Part shown: one piece after another, positions 46,736 through 55,767 of the stretch
Numbering within the stretch: the first letter of the stretch is position 1
Layout of the letters: the number at the start of each line of letters is the position of its first letter
Assembly: GCA_016188115.1 (NCBI GenBank)
Contig: JACPIK010000002.1
Location: 1,395,771-1,459,770 of the forward strand
From: Candidatus Woesearchaeota archaeon
Lineage (GTDB): Archaea > Nanobdellota > Nanobdellia > Woesearchaeales > GW2011-AR9
DNA: 64,000 nt
Direction of reading: 5' to 3'
The notes under the pieces: model-generated
The model's database searches: none
The model's input: only the letters and a program-made list of their open reading frames with translations
What the model was told of the DNA's origin: nothing
Made by a program: the position numbers and the translations under genes

Positions 46736-47857
46736 CTATTTGCCTGCTGCTTCTATTTTGTCAAATCCTAATGCCACAAAACCCAATAGATTCCATGCGC
46801 CTTCTTTACCATTGCGTTCCATCCAAGGAGCATACCCTGCATTAATACCTAAAGGCACTATTCCACCTACTTTAGCTCGTAGATTAATTTCTAACCCTAA
46901 TTGAACCGGCATCTCAAGTGCGGCTGCTCCTTCTACTGCGGGTCTTTGGGTTGTTAATCCCCAAACTCCTGCGCCAACACGGTAATGAGGATGAAGAAGT
47001 ATGCTTGCCGCTGCACGTGCATCTAAAAACAAAGGAGTTCGAACTTCATTAAGATTTGTTCCTGGAAATGGTATTTGTGGGCTGACAAATGAACCTCCTC
47101 TCCAAGCATTATATTCATCTGCATGCCATTCGCCTCCTAATCGTACATCTCCCGTGAGATTAAGTCTTTGTCCAGTTCCAAGTTGGGCATGAAATAAACT
47201 CCCTACTGTATGTTGATAATCTGAAAGTTCTGGTGAATGTGATCGATATCCCGGACGAAATTCTTCTTCAACAAGAAGTCGTAATTCAAATCCCTGACGA
47301 GTGCCAAAAATAAGATCTGCATCCATTTCTCTAAATTTAAGATCCAGTTGCGGTCGTACCAAAAGATGATTGCTTGGAAGCTCTCGCGAGGTATCCGAAG
47401 TTTCATCATACATCTTATACGCGCCAAACACACTCGCGCGCGCATCAAATAATCCTGTTGTTAGCGTGACAAAAGTAGTCATACCTGCTTCATGAGCAGT
47501 ACTTTCTTCCTCTTTTTTTCTAGAACCGTGCTCATAATCCCGATAATTACCCCATGATATGTAATTCATACGCACATCTAATCCTGTGCCAATCACACCT
47601 CGGTGATGAAATTGCGCAAAACCACTTAACGAATCTGCCTGAATTAAAAGATCCCATGGACTTTGTTCCAATTCTGTGTAATAATTAAGTCGTACAACCG
47701 GCGTAAATGTTCCCTCACCATTTAGCGGCGTATCTGCCCCTAATACTGCCATAAAATGATAAGGTTGTTTTGGTTCATACGTTTGCGCAGACGCGGTGTT
47801 CAAAGTCACAGTAGCCGTAGTAGTGAACAGTAATGCAGTTGGAAGAGAATAATTCAT
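46736..47857 (-). CDS. secreted beta-rich protein of unknown function, higher GC
   Basis: Signal peptide 'LLFTTTATVTLNTASA'. Gly/aromatic-rich strands. No TM segment. Confidence 0.45.
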   Translation of the reverse strand: MNYSLPTALLFTTTATVTLNTASAQTYEPKQPYHFMAVLGADTPLNGEGTFTPVVRLNYYTELEQSPWDLLIQADSLSGFAQFHHRGVIGTGLDVRMNYISWGNYRDYEHGSRKKEEESTAHEAGMTTFVTLTTGLFDARASVFGAYKMYDETSDTSRELPSNHLLVRPQLDLKFREMDADLIFGTRQGFELRLLVEEEFRPGYRSHSPELSDYQHTVGSLFHAQLGTGQRLNLTGDVRLGGEWHADEYNAWRGGSFVSPQIPFPGTNLNEVRTPLFLDARAAASILLHPHYRVGAGVWGLTTQRPAVEGAAALEMPVQLGLEINLRAKVGGIVPLGINAGYAPWMERNGKEGAWNLLGFVALGFDKIEAAGK

Positions 47858-47967
47858 TTTTTTCTAATTCATCACCCAATTTATTAAGATTGTTTCAATT
47901 TTACAGACAAAAGAATTTGAAAATAACTATCCCAAGATATATAAATTAAAACAGTATTGTCTCTCTC

Positions 47968-48717
47968 ATGGGTAAAATAGTCTCCATAGGTGGGGGTTCA
48001 ATTGGCTTTCGACGTACTCCTCAAACTACCAAAATCGATCAAGAGATTATCAACCTTTCTGGTAAAAAGAAACCCAAAGTGCTTTTTATCCCTACTGCAA
48101 CTCATGATTCTGCTGAATACGTTGAAGCATTTCATAATCATTACGAAAAACGCTTAGGATGCGATGTCAAATCATTACTTCTCTACGATGCAAAGTATAA
48201 ACATATTGAGATAGAAAAGATGATTTTAAACGCCGATATTATCTATGTTGGTGGTGGAAACACCCTTAATATGATGAAGACTTGGCGTAAGTTTGGTGTT
48301 GACAAACTTCTTCACAAAGCCTACGAAAAAAACATTGTATTATGTGGCTTAAGTGCCGGTTCGATTTGTTGGTATAACCAAGGCAACTCTGATTCTTGGC
48401 GTGACCACAACAAAAAAGCACCATTAATCCTCGTTAAAGGGCTTAATCTTGTTAACGCAGTAGGTTGTCCTCATTACGACAACGAAAAAGACCGCAAGCC
48501 ATTTTTGAAGAAAATGATGCAACATCATACTGGTGTTGCCATTGCATTTGATAGCTGTGCCGCCTTTGAAATAGTTGGTGATTGGTATCGCGTGATTACA
48601 TCAAAAAAAGGTGTCGGTTGTTACAAAGTATACTGGAAAGAAGGCAAGTACTATTGCGAAAAAATAAGACAACGAAAAGAGTTTATGCCGCTGAAGGAAT
48701 TGCTTGTAAAAGGATAG
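47968..48717 (+). CDS. S51-family peptidase (dipeptidase E / cyanophycinase-like)
   Basis: 'IYVGGGNTLNMM' and 'LCGLSAGSICW' (nucleophile Ser). Confidence 0.65.
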   Translation: MGKIVSIGGGSIGFRRTPQTTKIDQEIINLSGKKKPKVLFIPTATHDSAEYVEAFHNHYEKRLGCDVKSLLLYDAKYKHIEIEKMILNADIIYVGGGNTLNMMKTWRKFGVDKLLHKAYEKNIVLCGLSAGSICWYNQGNSDSWRDHNKKAPLILVKGLNLVNAVGCPHYDNEKDRKPFLKKMMQHHTGVAIAFDSCAAFEIVGDWYRVITSKKGVGCYKVYWKEGKYYCEKIRQRKEFMPLKELLVKG

Positions 48718-48789
48718 ATCCCTCGAAACGTTTAAATCCCCTAAATTATTCTTATAATTGATGAAAAGAGAGGCTAGATCATTCTGGTT

Positions 48790-49896
48790 ATGCTCTTGTT
48801 TTTAACTCCTCTTGCTTTTGCAGTGCCTGACATCACTTTTGTTAATCCAACTCCAAGTAATAATGCATGCACTGGTTCGAATACGTCTTTTATCGTGAAT
48901 ACAACCATTACGGAAGCGAATCTAGGGTCAGTAACGTATTCTTTTAATGGAAGTAATGAGAGTTATGAATATTATAATGACAGCTTGGTTTTAATGTTGA
49001 ATTTTGATAATGCGAGTGGTTTGGGGGAGAATGATACCTATGTTGTTGATATGAGCAGGTATGGAAATAACGCAACAGCGTACGGCGGGCTTTTAGCGAA
49101 CGGGAATGGGAAGTATAGCGGGGCATTTAATTTCGATGGAAATGATGATTATGTGAATCTTAGTACAGATACTAATTTTGCCCAGCTCCAAGTAAACATG
49201 ACCATTACTGGCTGGTTTAATGAGAACGGAGCAAATGGCAACCCTACAATTTTTTCTCAATACAAAAGCGTGGGAAGCCATCAACTAGTAAAATTAGTGC
49301 GCCTCGATAGCGACAAAGTGAATTATTTTACATCCACTTCAAACGGAGGTTGGCAAATGCAAACTCATACTACGCCGTACACAGCCAACATCTGGAATTT
49401 TTTTGCTATTATTGTCTCAGGAAACTATACCAATCCCTCGTTGGCTATCTGGCTGAACGGCGAGAAACAGTCTTTTAGTCTTTCGGCGCTAAGTACGACA
49501 CCTGATACAACGGTTCTGATCCAAATCGGCTGGTCACAACGGCAGCTAGGAGGCGAGCAGTTTGGTGGTCTGATAGATGAGATACGAGTTTTTAACAAGA
49601 GCGTAAGTGATACTGAGATTTATGGGTTGTATGCTGGCAATCTTCGAAAGTATAACTCCAATGCCTGGGAGTTGTATATCAATCAGGCCTATAACGTGAC
49701 AGACGGATTACAGAATGGCCCCTATAATTATTTTGTCAGCGCGACCAATAATACTGGAAGCGGAACGTTAAGTAGTGTTCGAATTGTTAACATTGGTCCT
49801 GCTTCTGCTGCGCCAGAATGGAGTGATTATTGCGTATTATTGATACTTTCATTAGTCATTGGTGGATTTTTTATGATAAGAAAGAGAGTGCTTTAG
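48790..49896 (+). CDS. surface protein with a LamG/concanavalin-A-like domain and a C-terminal TM anchor
   Basis: Signal 'MLLFLTPLAFA'. LamG block 'GAFNFDGNDDYVNL...MTITGWFN...IDEIRVFN'. C-terminal 'VLLILSLVIGGFFMIRKR'. Confidence 0.6.
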   Translation: MLLFLTPLAFAVPDITFVNPTPSNNACTGSNTSFIVNTTITEANLGSVTYSFNGSNESYEYYNDSLVLMLNFDNASGLGENDTYVVDMSRYGNNATAYGGLLANGNGKYSGAFNFDGNDDYVNLSTDTNFAQLQVNMTITGWFNENGANGNPTIFSQYKSVGSHQLVKLVRLDSDKVNYFTSTSNGGWQMQTHTTPYTANIWNFFAIIVSGNYTNPSLAIWLNGEKQSFSLSALSTTPDTTVLIQIGWSQRQLGGEQFGGLIDEIRVFNKSVSDTEIYGLYAGNLRKYNSNAWELYINQAYNVTDGLQNGPYNYFVSATNNTGSGTLSSVRIVNIGPASAAPEWSDYCVLLILSLVIGGFFMIRKRVL

Positions 49897-49975
49897 TAAT
49901 GAAAAGCTTTGGTTACGAACAGAAAATCAACACAAAAAAAGTGACTACCATTTATTCTCTGCGACTTTTCAGAAC

Positions 49976-50365
49976 TTATCGTATCATTAAGACTTCACTA
50001 AAACCCCTAAAATCTTCATCAGCTGTAACTGCCATTGCAGATAAGACTTGAGCTGTGTGTAAAACAAAAGCATCAGCTAGGCCAAACTTAGTTCTTTCCT
50101 TACGTATTTTGGTATGGATTTTCCCCACTTCTTCTGCAAATTTGACATCCATGGTATAAATAGAAGAGATAGATAATATAATTTTTCTCGCTTCGCTAAA
50201 ATTCATCTCTTTTTTCTCAAAAAAGCTACTTAATTCTGCAATGGTGATTATGTTAGTATAAATCTTATTCTCATCATTTTCTAGGATAGATTTGACTTTT
50301 TCACCTTTTTTACTTCCATTAAAATACTCAACCCAGGCACTTGCATCTACCACAAATGAAGTCAT
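49976..50365 (-). CDS. vapC: PIN-domain toxin VapC
   Basis: 'VVDASAWVEYF...' PIN acidic residues. Overlaps the upstream antitoxin by 4 bp. Confidence 0.7.
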   Translation of the reverse strand: MTSFVVDASAWVEYFNGSKKGEKVKSILENDENKIYTNIITIAELSSFFEKKEMNFSEARKIILSISSIYTMDVKFAEEVGKIHTKIRKERTKFGLADAFVLHTAQVLSAMAVTADEDFRGFSEVLMIR

Positions 50366-50562
50366 TCTAACTGTCCCCTCAATTTTGATTCTTTAGAAAA
50401 AGAACCCATTCCCTTGCATAAGCCAAATCCACTTTTTGCTAGTTTTCGAATTTCTATTTTAACCGTTTGATTCTCCACTAATCCTTCTTCTTCAACTATT
50501 TCTCGTGGGATAGTAACCATTAATGATCCGCCGATTTTACGAGTTTTTGATATTGTTTCCAT
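50362..50562 (-). CDS. vapB: AbrB/SpoVT-type antitoxin VapB
   Basis: 'KIGGSLMVTIPREIVEEEGL' is a swapped-hairpin AbrB-like motif, 66 aa. Confidence 0.65.
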   Translation of the reverse strand: METISKTRKIGGSLMVTIPREIVEEEGLVENQTVKIEIRKLAKSGFGLCKGMGSFSKESKLRGQLE

Positions 50563-50721
50563 ATATAACTCATAATATAACTTATTATATATAAAGTTTT
50601 CTTTGAAATTTATCCTTATTACACCAAATCTTATTTTCAGTCTTAGACGTATTCAAAAATAACGTCGTTTCCTAATCTAGAGATCAAAAAAATACCTCCT
50701 CTTGTTGTTGAATTCTTTAAT

Positions 50722-50856
50722 CTGCTAATTCCACTTGTGTATTCACAAGTGGTTTACTGCAATTCTAACATTGCTTGGAATTAGCAGGGTCAGAAATTCG
50801 ACCCGAGCGAAGCGAGCATGCCGTCCGGTCTATTGACCGGCGGTGGTCGAATTTCT
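50722..50856. repeat. two adjacent ~65-nt palindromic modules, each with a 12-bp terminal inverted repeat and an inner hairpin with a TATT loop
   Basis: Module 1 (50722-50787): CTGCTAATTCCA...TGGAATTAGCAG, with inner CCACTTGTG-TATT-CACAAGTGG. Module 2 (50792-50856): AGAAATTCGACC...GGTCGAATTTCT, with inner CCG(T)CCGGTC-TATT-GACCGGCGG. A very AT-rich tract lies immediately upstream (50563-50700). Confidence 0.5.
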
Positions 50857-50942
50857 TTGACAGAGGAAGGAAGAACGATATGGGTCACTTGAGTTGATTT
50901 AAAGTAGTAATTATTAAAAGTAAACTAAAATATTCTCCATTT

Positions 50943-51272
50943 ATGCAAGACCTTCCATTCAAACCGCGCATGCATGTGTTCATCTGTGTGAATGATCGTA
51001 CTGGACAACCCAACGATCCTAAGCCTAGTTGTGGTCCTACTATATCCACAGAAATGTACAAAGAAGTTAAGCAATGGACGCGTACACAAGGGTGGACAAA
51101 TCAAGTCTATGTTACTAAAGTAAGTTGTCTTGGCTTCTGTAATCCTGAAGGTGGTGTGATGTGCGTCTGGCCACAGGGGCGATTTGTCAAGGGTATACAA
51201 ACAGTTGATGATATGAAAAAAGTCATCTCTGAAGAATATGCAAAAGTTATGAAAATATCTCAGAGTAGGTAG
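50943..51272 (+). CDS. thioredoxin-like [2Fe-2S] ferredoxin
   Basis: 'HVFICVNDR...CGP...CLGFCNPEGGVMCVWPQG' follows the Cys pattern of the Trx-like ferredoxin family. Confidence 0.55.
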   Translation: MQDLPFKPRMHVFICVNDRTGQPNDPKPSCGPTISTEMYKEVKQWTRTQGWTNQVYVTKVSCLGFCNPEGGVMCVWPQGRFVKGIQTVDDMKKVISEEYAKVMKISQSR

Positions 51273-51286
51273 AGAAGAGGTACAGG

Positions 51287-51895
51287 ATGGTAACTAAAGA
51301 CAATTATATCGAATGCGACGTGTTAGAACAACTTCCTACACTCCATCGCGACAATTACAACTTCGAAACGGAATTCCTTACTTCCCATCTTCCCCAAAAT
51401 GCATCTGTTCTTCAAGTAGGCTGCATGGATGGAACACGGCTTTTACGACTTCATCAACAACGTCCTGACTTAGAATTATCCGGCTTAGAAATAGAACAGG
51501 ATTTAGTTCTTACAGCCCAAAGTCTGCTTTCCCAACATAAAATCCCTGCAACGATTATCCATGGAGATATTACTGCTCCGCCCCCTCTCACTCATTATGA
51601 TTATGTAGTATGTCTTAACCACACACTAGGCTACATTCCAGATCAACACAAAGCCATTGAAATGATGAAAAAGTTAGGAAAACATGTTATCATTTCAGTA
51701 TATGGCGAGATTTGGACGCCACAATTAGCTCAAGAATATTTCAAAACGCTTAAACTCTCTATTAAAGAAACCCATCATAATAAATTCATTCTTAGTGACG
51801 GATGGCCGATTCATCGTTATACTAAACAGCAAATAGAAACATGGGATGGAAAAATAATCAAAACACCGCTGGGAAGTCTTGTTATTTTTTCTTGA
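51287..51895 (+). CDS. class I SAM-dependent methyltransferase
   Basis: Motif I 'VLQVGCMDGTRLL'. Confidence 0.55.
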   Translation: MVTKDNYIECDVLEQLPTLHRDNYNFETEFLTSHLPQNASVLQVGCMDGTRLLRLHQQRPDLELSGLEIEQDLVLTAQSLLSQHKIPATIIHGDITAPPPLTHYDYVVCLNHTLGYIPDQHKAIEMMKKLGKHVIISVYGEIWTPQLAQEYFKTLKLSIKETHHNKFILSDGWPIHRYTKQQIETWDGKIIKTPLGSLVIFS

Positions 51896-51909
51896 ATTCT
51901 CTCTAAAAT

Positions 51910-52347
51910 TTAGTTTTTTGCTAAATATAAACTCAATAACCCTTCTAAAACATTTTTTCCAGTTAAATTTAATTGTCGCATAAATTGTATCATTGTCTGC
52001 TCATCACATTGGCCATAAAGAACATTTTTTGGAATAAATCCCGCAGCTCCAGCATTTTGCCAAAGTCGGATATACTGATCTCTCTCTGAGCTATTACTCA
52101 TACCATAAACTGGGGTATGTATCTTTTTCTCCCGTACTCTTTGACAAACGTCATATCCGTTCATTATGGGCATTTCTGTATCAACAAAAGCAAGATCTGG
52201 AAGAGTACTCTGACCAAAATAATTCAATCCCTCTTCTGCAGATTTTGCGCATTGAACATCAATACTTGAATCAAAAGACCTTCGAATCACCCTTGGAAGA
52301 ATTACATGTACATCAGGATCATCGTCTACAATGAGGACTATAGACAT
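51910..52347 (-). CDS. stand-alone response regulator receiver (CheY-like)
   Basis: 'IVLIVDDDPD', 'AFVDTEMP' (phospho-acceptor Asp) and a conserved Lys region. Confidence 0.7.
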   Translation of the reverse strand: MSIVLIVDDDPDVHVILPRVIRRSFDSSIDVQCAKSAEEGLNYFGQSTLPDLAFVDTEMPIMNGYDVCQRVREKKIHTPVYGMSNSSERDQYIRLWQNAGAAGFIPKNVLYGQCDEQTMIQFMRQLNLTGKNVLEGLLSLYLAKN

Positions 52348-52392
52348 AAATCACACTAATTAAAGTAACAATATAAACTCTTTGACATATTT

Positions 52393-52881
52393 TCAGCAGT
52401 TTTTGACTTCTTCAACTAACAATGCTTGTTCCGTGCAGATTTGTTCTTCATCAAAAGGAGTAATTTTTGGCACGATTTCAATTTGCTCTACTGCGCCATT
52501 TTCTTTAAGATTATACACAATTTTACCTCGATACGTTCCTGCTTTAGGCATCTTTGCTTTAACAAGATCTTCTGACTGAGAACCATCCTCACCTATAATA
52601 TTAACTATCAATCCCTCAACTTTAGAATTCTTGCCATTTTTAACGGTAAATTGTATTGTCTTGGTCTTTGTATCATAACAAACATGTTCTTTTCCTTTCA
52701 CCATGGCTAATGCTAATCCAACTTCAACTGGACATTCCGCTTCTTCTTCTACTTGAGCACTTCCTAAATTCATTACGACTACGCCTACAGCTACTGCAAA
52801 AGAAACTAGTAAAAACGTCGCAATGATCGGCGTAAGCGCTTTCTTATGCACTCTGCGGTGCTTTCCAATAGGTTTGACCAT
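52393..52881 (-). CDS. archaeal type IV pilin-like protein (class III signal peptide)
   Basis: 'KKALTPIIATFLLVSFAVAVGVVV' resembles the [KR][GA][ILV][ST]P..ATV.L prepilin peptidase motif. Followed by a beta-rich domain. Confidence 0.55.
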   Translation of the reverse strand: MVKPIGKHRRVHKKALTPIIATFLLVSFAVAVGVVVMNLGSAQVEEEAECPVEVGLALAMVKGKEHVCYDTKTKTIQFTVKNGKNSKVEGLIVNIIGEDGSQSEDLVKAKMPKAGTYRGKIVYNLKENGAVEQIEIVPKITPFDEEQICTEQALLVEEVKNC

Positions 52882-53302
52882 TATGTGTTATCTCTTTAAT
52901 TCTATTTGCTGGTATAAATATTTCTCCGCCCTGTCCAACAAACACAAGGAAATCTTTTTCAAGCTTCTTAAGATTATGTGCTGGTAGATTAACTATTTTA
53001 TTGCTAGCTTTATCCAAATAAGTGACAGAAAGTTCTTGTCTTGAAGGATGTCTGTGTATCCGATCGTAAATAATCTCTCCTTGTTTAATCTCATCAAGGG
53101 GAGTAACATCTTTAAAGATAAAACTTGAAAGAGTTAGCATTAATACTCCTACTCCTAAACTAACCAATGGGTTTGCTAAATACCCTATGTTTCCCACTCC
53201 ATCCCACAGTCCTGTCCAAAAAAAAACGACACCCATCACTCCGAAAAGGAACCAAAAGTACTTCTTCACTTTCTCAGTATGTAAGACCATCATGCCCTCC
53301 AA
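52844..53302 (-). CDS. membrane protein, paralog 1 (two TM + conserved C-terminal domain)
   Basis: Collinear with the next gene: 'FIPANRIKEITHNGQTYW' versus 'FIPIHRVKKIFQNDKIYW'. Confidence 0.45.
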   Translation of the reverse strand: MEGMMVLHTEKVKKYFWFLFGVMGVVFFWTGLWDGVGNIGYLANPLVSLGVGVLMLTLSSFIFKDVTPLDEIKQGEIIYDRIHRHPSRQELSVTYLDKASNKIVNLPAHNLKKLEKDFLVFVGQGGEIFIPANRIKEITHNGQTYWKAPQSA

Positions 53303-53736
53303 TAGATCTTATCATTTTGAAAGATTTTTTTAACACGATGAATAGGAATAAAAAATTCCTGTTTAGTAGGAAGCACTACAATTAAAGCGGTTTCGTCCAA
53401 CTGACTAATCGATACTGCCGGCACTTCTACTTCTTTTTTTTGAACTTTATCATAATATTTTATTTTAAATTGATTTTTTTGAGGATGAGCCATAATCCCT
53501 TCAAATCGTGTTACCAATGCTTTCTCCATACCACCAAGCGGGTCAAACTCTTTGAACACAAGACCGGAAAATGTTAACATTGTCAGTCCAATAAACAAGA
53601 ACACAAAGGGGTCACCAATCACATCACTTACTACAGGAATAACATAAATTCCTTCCCATACGCCTTTCCATGCTAAGATAATCGCTGCTGCTGAGTACAT
53701 AGACCAGAGAAAATGACGATCTTCTTCACGTAACAT
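53290..53736 (-). CDS. membrane protein, paralog 2
   Basis: Shares the architecture and C-terminal motif with paralog 1. Overlaps it by 13 bp. Confidence 0.45.
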   Translation of the reverse strand: MLREEDRHFLWSMYSAAAIILAWKGVWEGIYVIPVVSDVIGDPFVFLFIGLTMLTFSGLVFKEFDPLGGMEKALVTRFEGIMAHPQKNQFKIKYYDKVQKKEVEVPAVSISQLDETALIVVLPTKQEFFIPIHRVKKIFQNDKIYWRA

Positions 53737-53804
53737 CTAAATAACCTCTTTTGAAGAACTATATTTAGAGGGTATAAATAGCTTTCTGCTTTCTCAATTA
53801 CCTT

Positions 53805-54977
53805 TTATTTCATCACATACACTTTCAACGGTGGAAATCCATTAAATCCCACACTACTTACCTGCCAAGTATATGCACCTGTAGATAAAAAGTACAATTT
53901 GTCGCCTTCCTTGATATTCGCAGGAAGCTCATAGCGAAAATGTTCATATAAAATGTCGTGACTATCGCACGTTGGACCAGCCAGAATAAACTCTTTCATT
54001 TTACGAGAGTCTAATTTTGTCATGATGGGATACTTGATTGCTTCTCCCGCGCATTCATCCAACCCATTCCAGACTCCTGCATCAAGATACATCCATTCAC
54101 ATCCCATAGACTTTGATTTTGTAGCAATCAACATGACTTCGCTTACAATAACTCCCGCAGTACCAACCATGTAGCGACCAGGTTCAATAATAATGCGTGG
54201 TAGATTTTTTCCAAAATGAAATTTGAGTGATGCAGAAATTTTCTTTCCATAATATTCTAACGAAGGACTTTGCGAAAGATAGTGCGAGGGCAACCCTCCT
54301 CCTAAATTGAGCATTTCTAATTTAACGCCTTCTTTCTCAAGACGTTCAAAAAGATACTTACATTGCGCAATCGCTTGGTCCCATTGTTCCACATCGTGCT
54401 GCTGTGATCCAACATGAAATGATAACCCATAGGGAACCAAACCTTCCTTTTTGGCATGATGCGCAAGTTCTCGAATAATATCGGGATGTGCGCCAAATTT
54501 ACGTGACAGTGGCCAATCTGCCCCCTCACCATCAACCAACAACCGAAAAAAAACTCTTGAACCTGGGGCGTATTTAACCAGCTTAAGCATATCTGAATGA
54601 GAATCTGTTGCAAACATACGTATGCCCTTTTTGTAGAAATATTGTATATCTTCTATTTTTTTAATTGTGTTACCAAAGCTAATACGATCTGGTTTAACTT
54701 TAAAAGCAAGAAGTTGATCCAATTCATAACGTGAAGCGATATCAAAAGAACATTTTTGTTTTAACAGAGTTGAAACGACAGCCGGATGTGGGTTTGCTTT
54801 AAGCGCGTAAAAAATCTGAGCAAAAGGAAGCGCTTTTTGCAGTTGCAAGAAATTATGCTTTACTCGTTGTGGATCAAGTATCAAAAAAGGCGTTTTTTTC
54901 CCTTTGGCAAATCTTTCAAATTTCCCAAATCCTACTTCTTTTGCAATCTTCTTTGTTTTAAGATAGTACTCAGGCAT
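53805..54977 (-). CDS. PLP-dependent Orn/Lys/DAP/Arg decarboxylase (alanine-racemase-fold, group IV)
   Basis: PLP-binding 'FYALKANPHP', glycine-rich 'NLGGGLPSHY', and a C-terminal beta-domain. Confidence 0.7.
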   Translation of the reverse strand: MPEYYLKTKKIAKEVGFGKFERFAKGKKTPFLILDPQRVKHNFLQLQKALPFAQIFYALKANPHPAVVSTLLKQKCSFDIASRYELDQLLAFKVKPDRISFGNTIKKIEDIQYFYKKGIRMFATDSHSDMLKLVKYAPGSRVFFRLLVDGEGADWPLSRKFGAHPDIIRELAHHAKKEGLVPYGLSFHVGSQQHDVEQWDQAIAQCKYLFERLEKEGVKLEMLNLGGGLPSHYLSQSPSLEYYGKKISASLKFHFGKNLPRIIIEPGRYMVGTAGVIVSEVMLIATKSKSMGCEWMYLDAGVWNGLDECAGEAIKYPIMTKLDSRKMKEFILAGPTCDSHDILYEHFRYELPANIKEGDKLYFLSTGAYTWQVSSVGFNGFPPLKVYVMK

Positions 54978-55078
54978 AAAACACAGAACTATTTTGGTTT
55001 ATTTAAAATCTACTTTTTCAAGCATCAATATATCCGAAAGATGCTAACCATAAAGAAAAAGTTAAAACAAAGAAAAAT

Positions 55079-55651
55079 TTATTCGATACGCACTTTTAAC
55101 ACCACCACATCTTCTAATGGTCGATCTTGGCTGTTTGTCTTAACAGTAGCAATGGCGTTAACAACATCCATACCGCCAGTTACATTGCCAAACACTGGAT
55201 GCATACGATCTAGATAATTGTTATCTGCGATATTGATAAAGAATTGGCTGCCACCAGTATTGGGTCCAGCATTTGCCATAGCAATCGTTCCACGAACATT
55301 TTTCATTTCTTTATGAAACTCATCTTTGATATTGTATCCAGGTCCGCCCGTTCCCCATCGACCTTGTTTAGTGGGGTCCTTGGAAAGAGGATCTCCTCCT
55401 TGAATCATAAATCCATTCGGGGGTGCTTTAGCAGGACCAATCACTCTATGAAAACGAGTTCCATCATAAAATCCAGATTGGGCAAGCTTGATGAAGTTTG
55501 CTGTTGTAACGGGCATCTTATCTTCAGCCAGTTCTAGAGTTATTGTCCCAAGGGACGTTTCAAAAATAGCGTGTCGATTTTTCATAGTTTCACCACATGA
55601 TGTTAATAATAGAGTCAGTGCTACGATACTTAATATATAGATAGCTTTCAT
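55079..55651 (-). CDS. cyclophilin-type peptidyl-prolyl isomerase, probable lipoprotein
   Basis: 'LLLTSCGE' lipobox-like sequence. 'FHRVIGPAKAPPNGFMIQGGDP' and 'GTIAMANAGPNTGGSQFFI'. Confidence 0.8.
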   Translation of the reverse strand: MKAIYILSIVALTLLLTSCGETMKNRHAIFETSLGTITLELAEDKMPVTTANFIKLAQSGFYDGTRFHRVIGPAKAPPNGFMIQGGDPLSKDPTKQGRWGTGGPGYNIKDEFHKEMKNVRGTIAMANAGPNTGGSQFFINIADNNYLDRMHPVFGNVTGGMDVVNAIATVKTNSQDRPLEDVVVLKVRIE

Positions 55652-55767
55652 AAATTATTAATGAGAAGAAGTGCTTTATATTATTTTAGTAAATGCATTG
55701 ACATTTTGGATAAAATCCTGCATTTACTATATAGTAAACGAAATGGCGTTAAGACTTTTTTCGTTTA

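Noticed and set aside
46736-47857. Annotation as a genuine outer-membrane porin
   Set aside because: The host appears to be a monoderm archaeon. There is no C-terminal aromatic beta-signal (the protein ends ...EAAGK). It is kept only as a beta-rich secreted protein of possible foreign origin.
55079-55651. Possibility that the cyclophilin and the PLP-decarboxylase belong to the ORFan operon downstream
   Set aside because: They are separated from it by intergenic gaps, and both belong to common housekeeping families.
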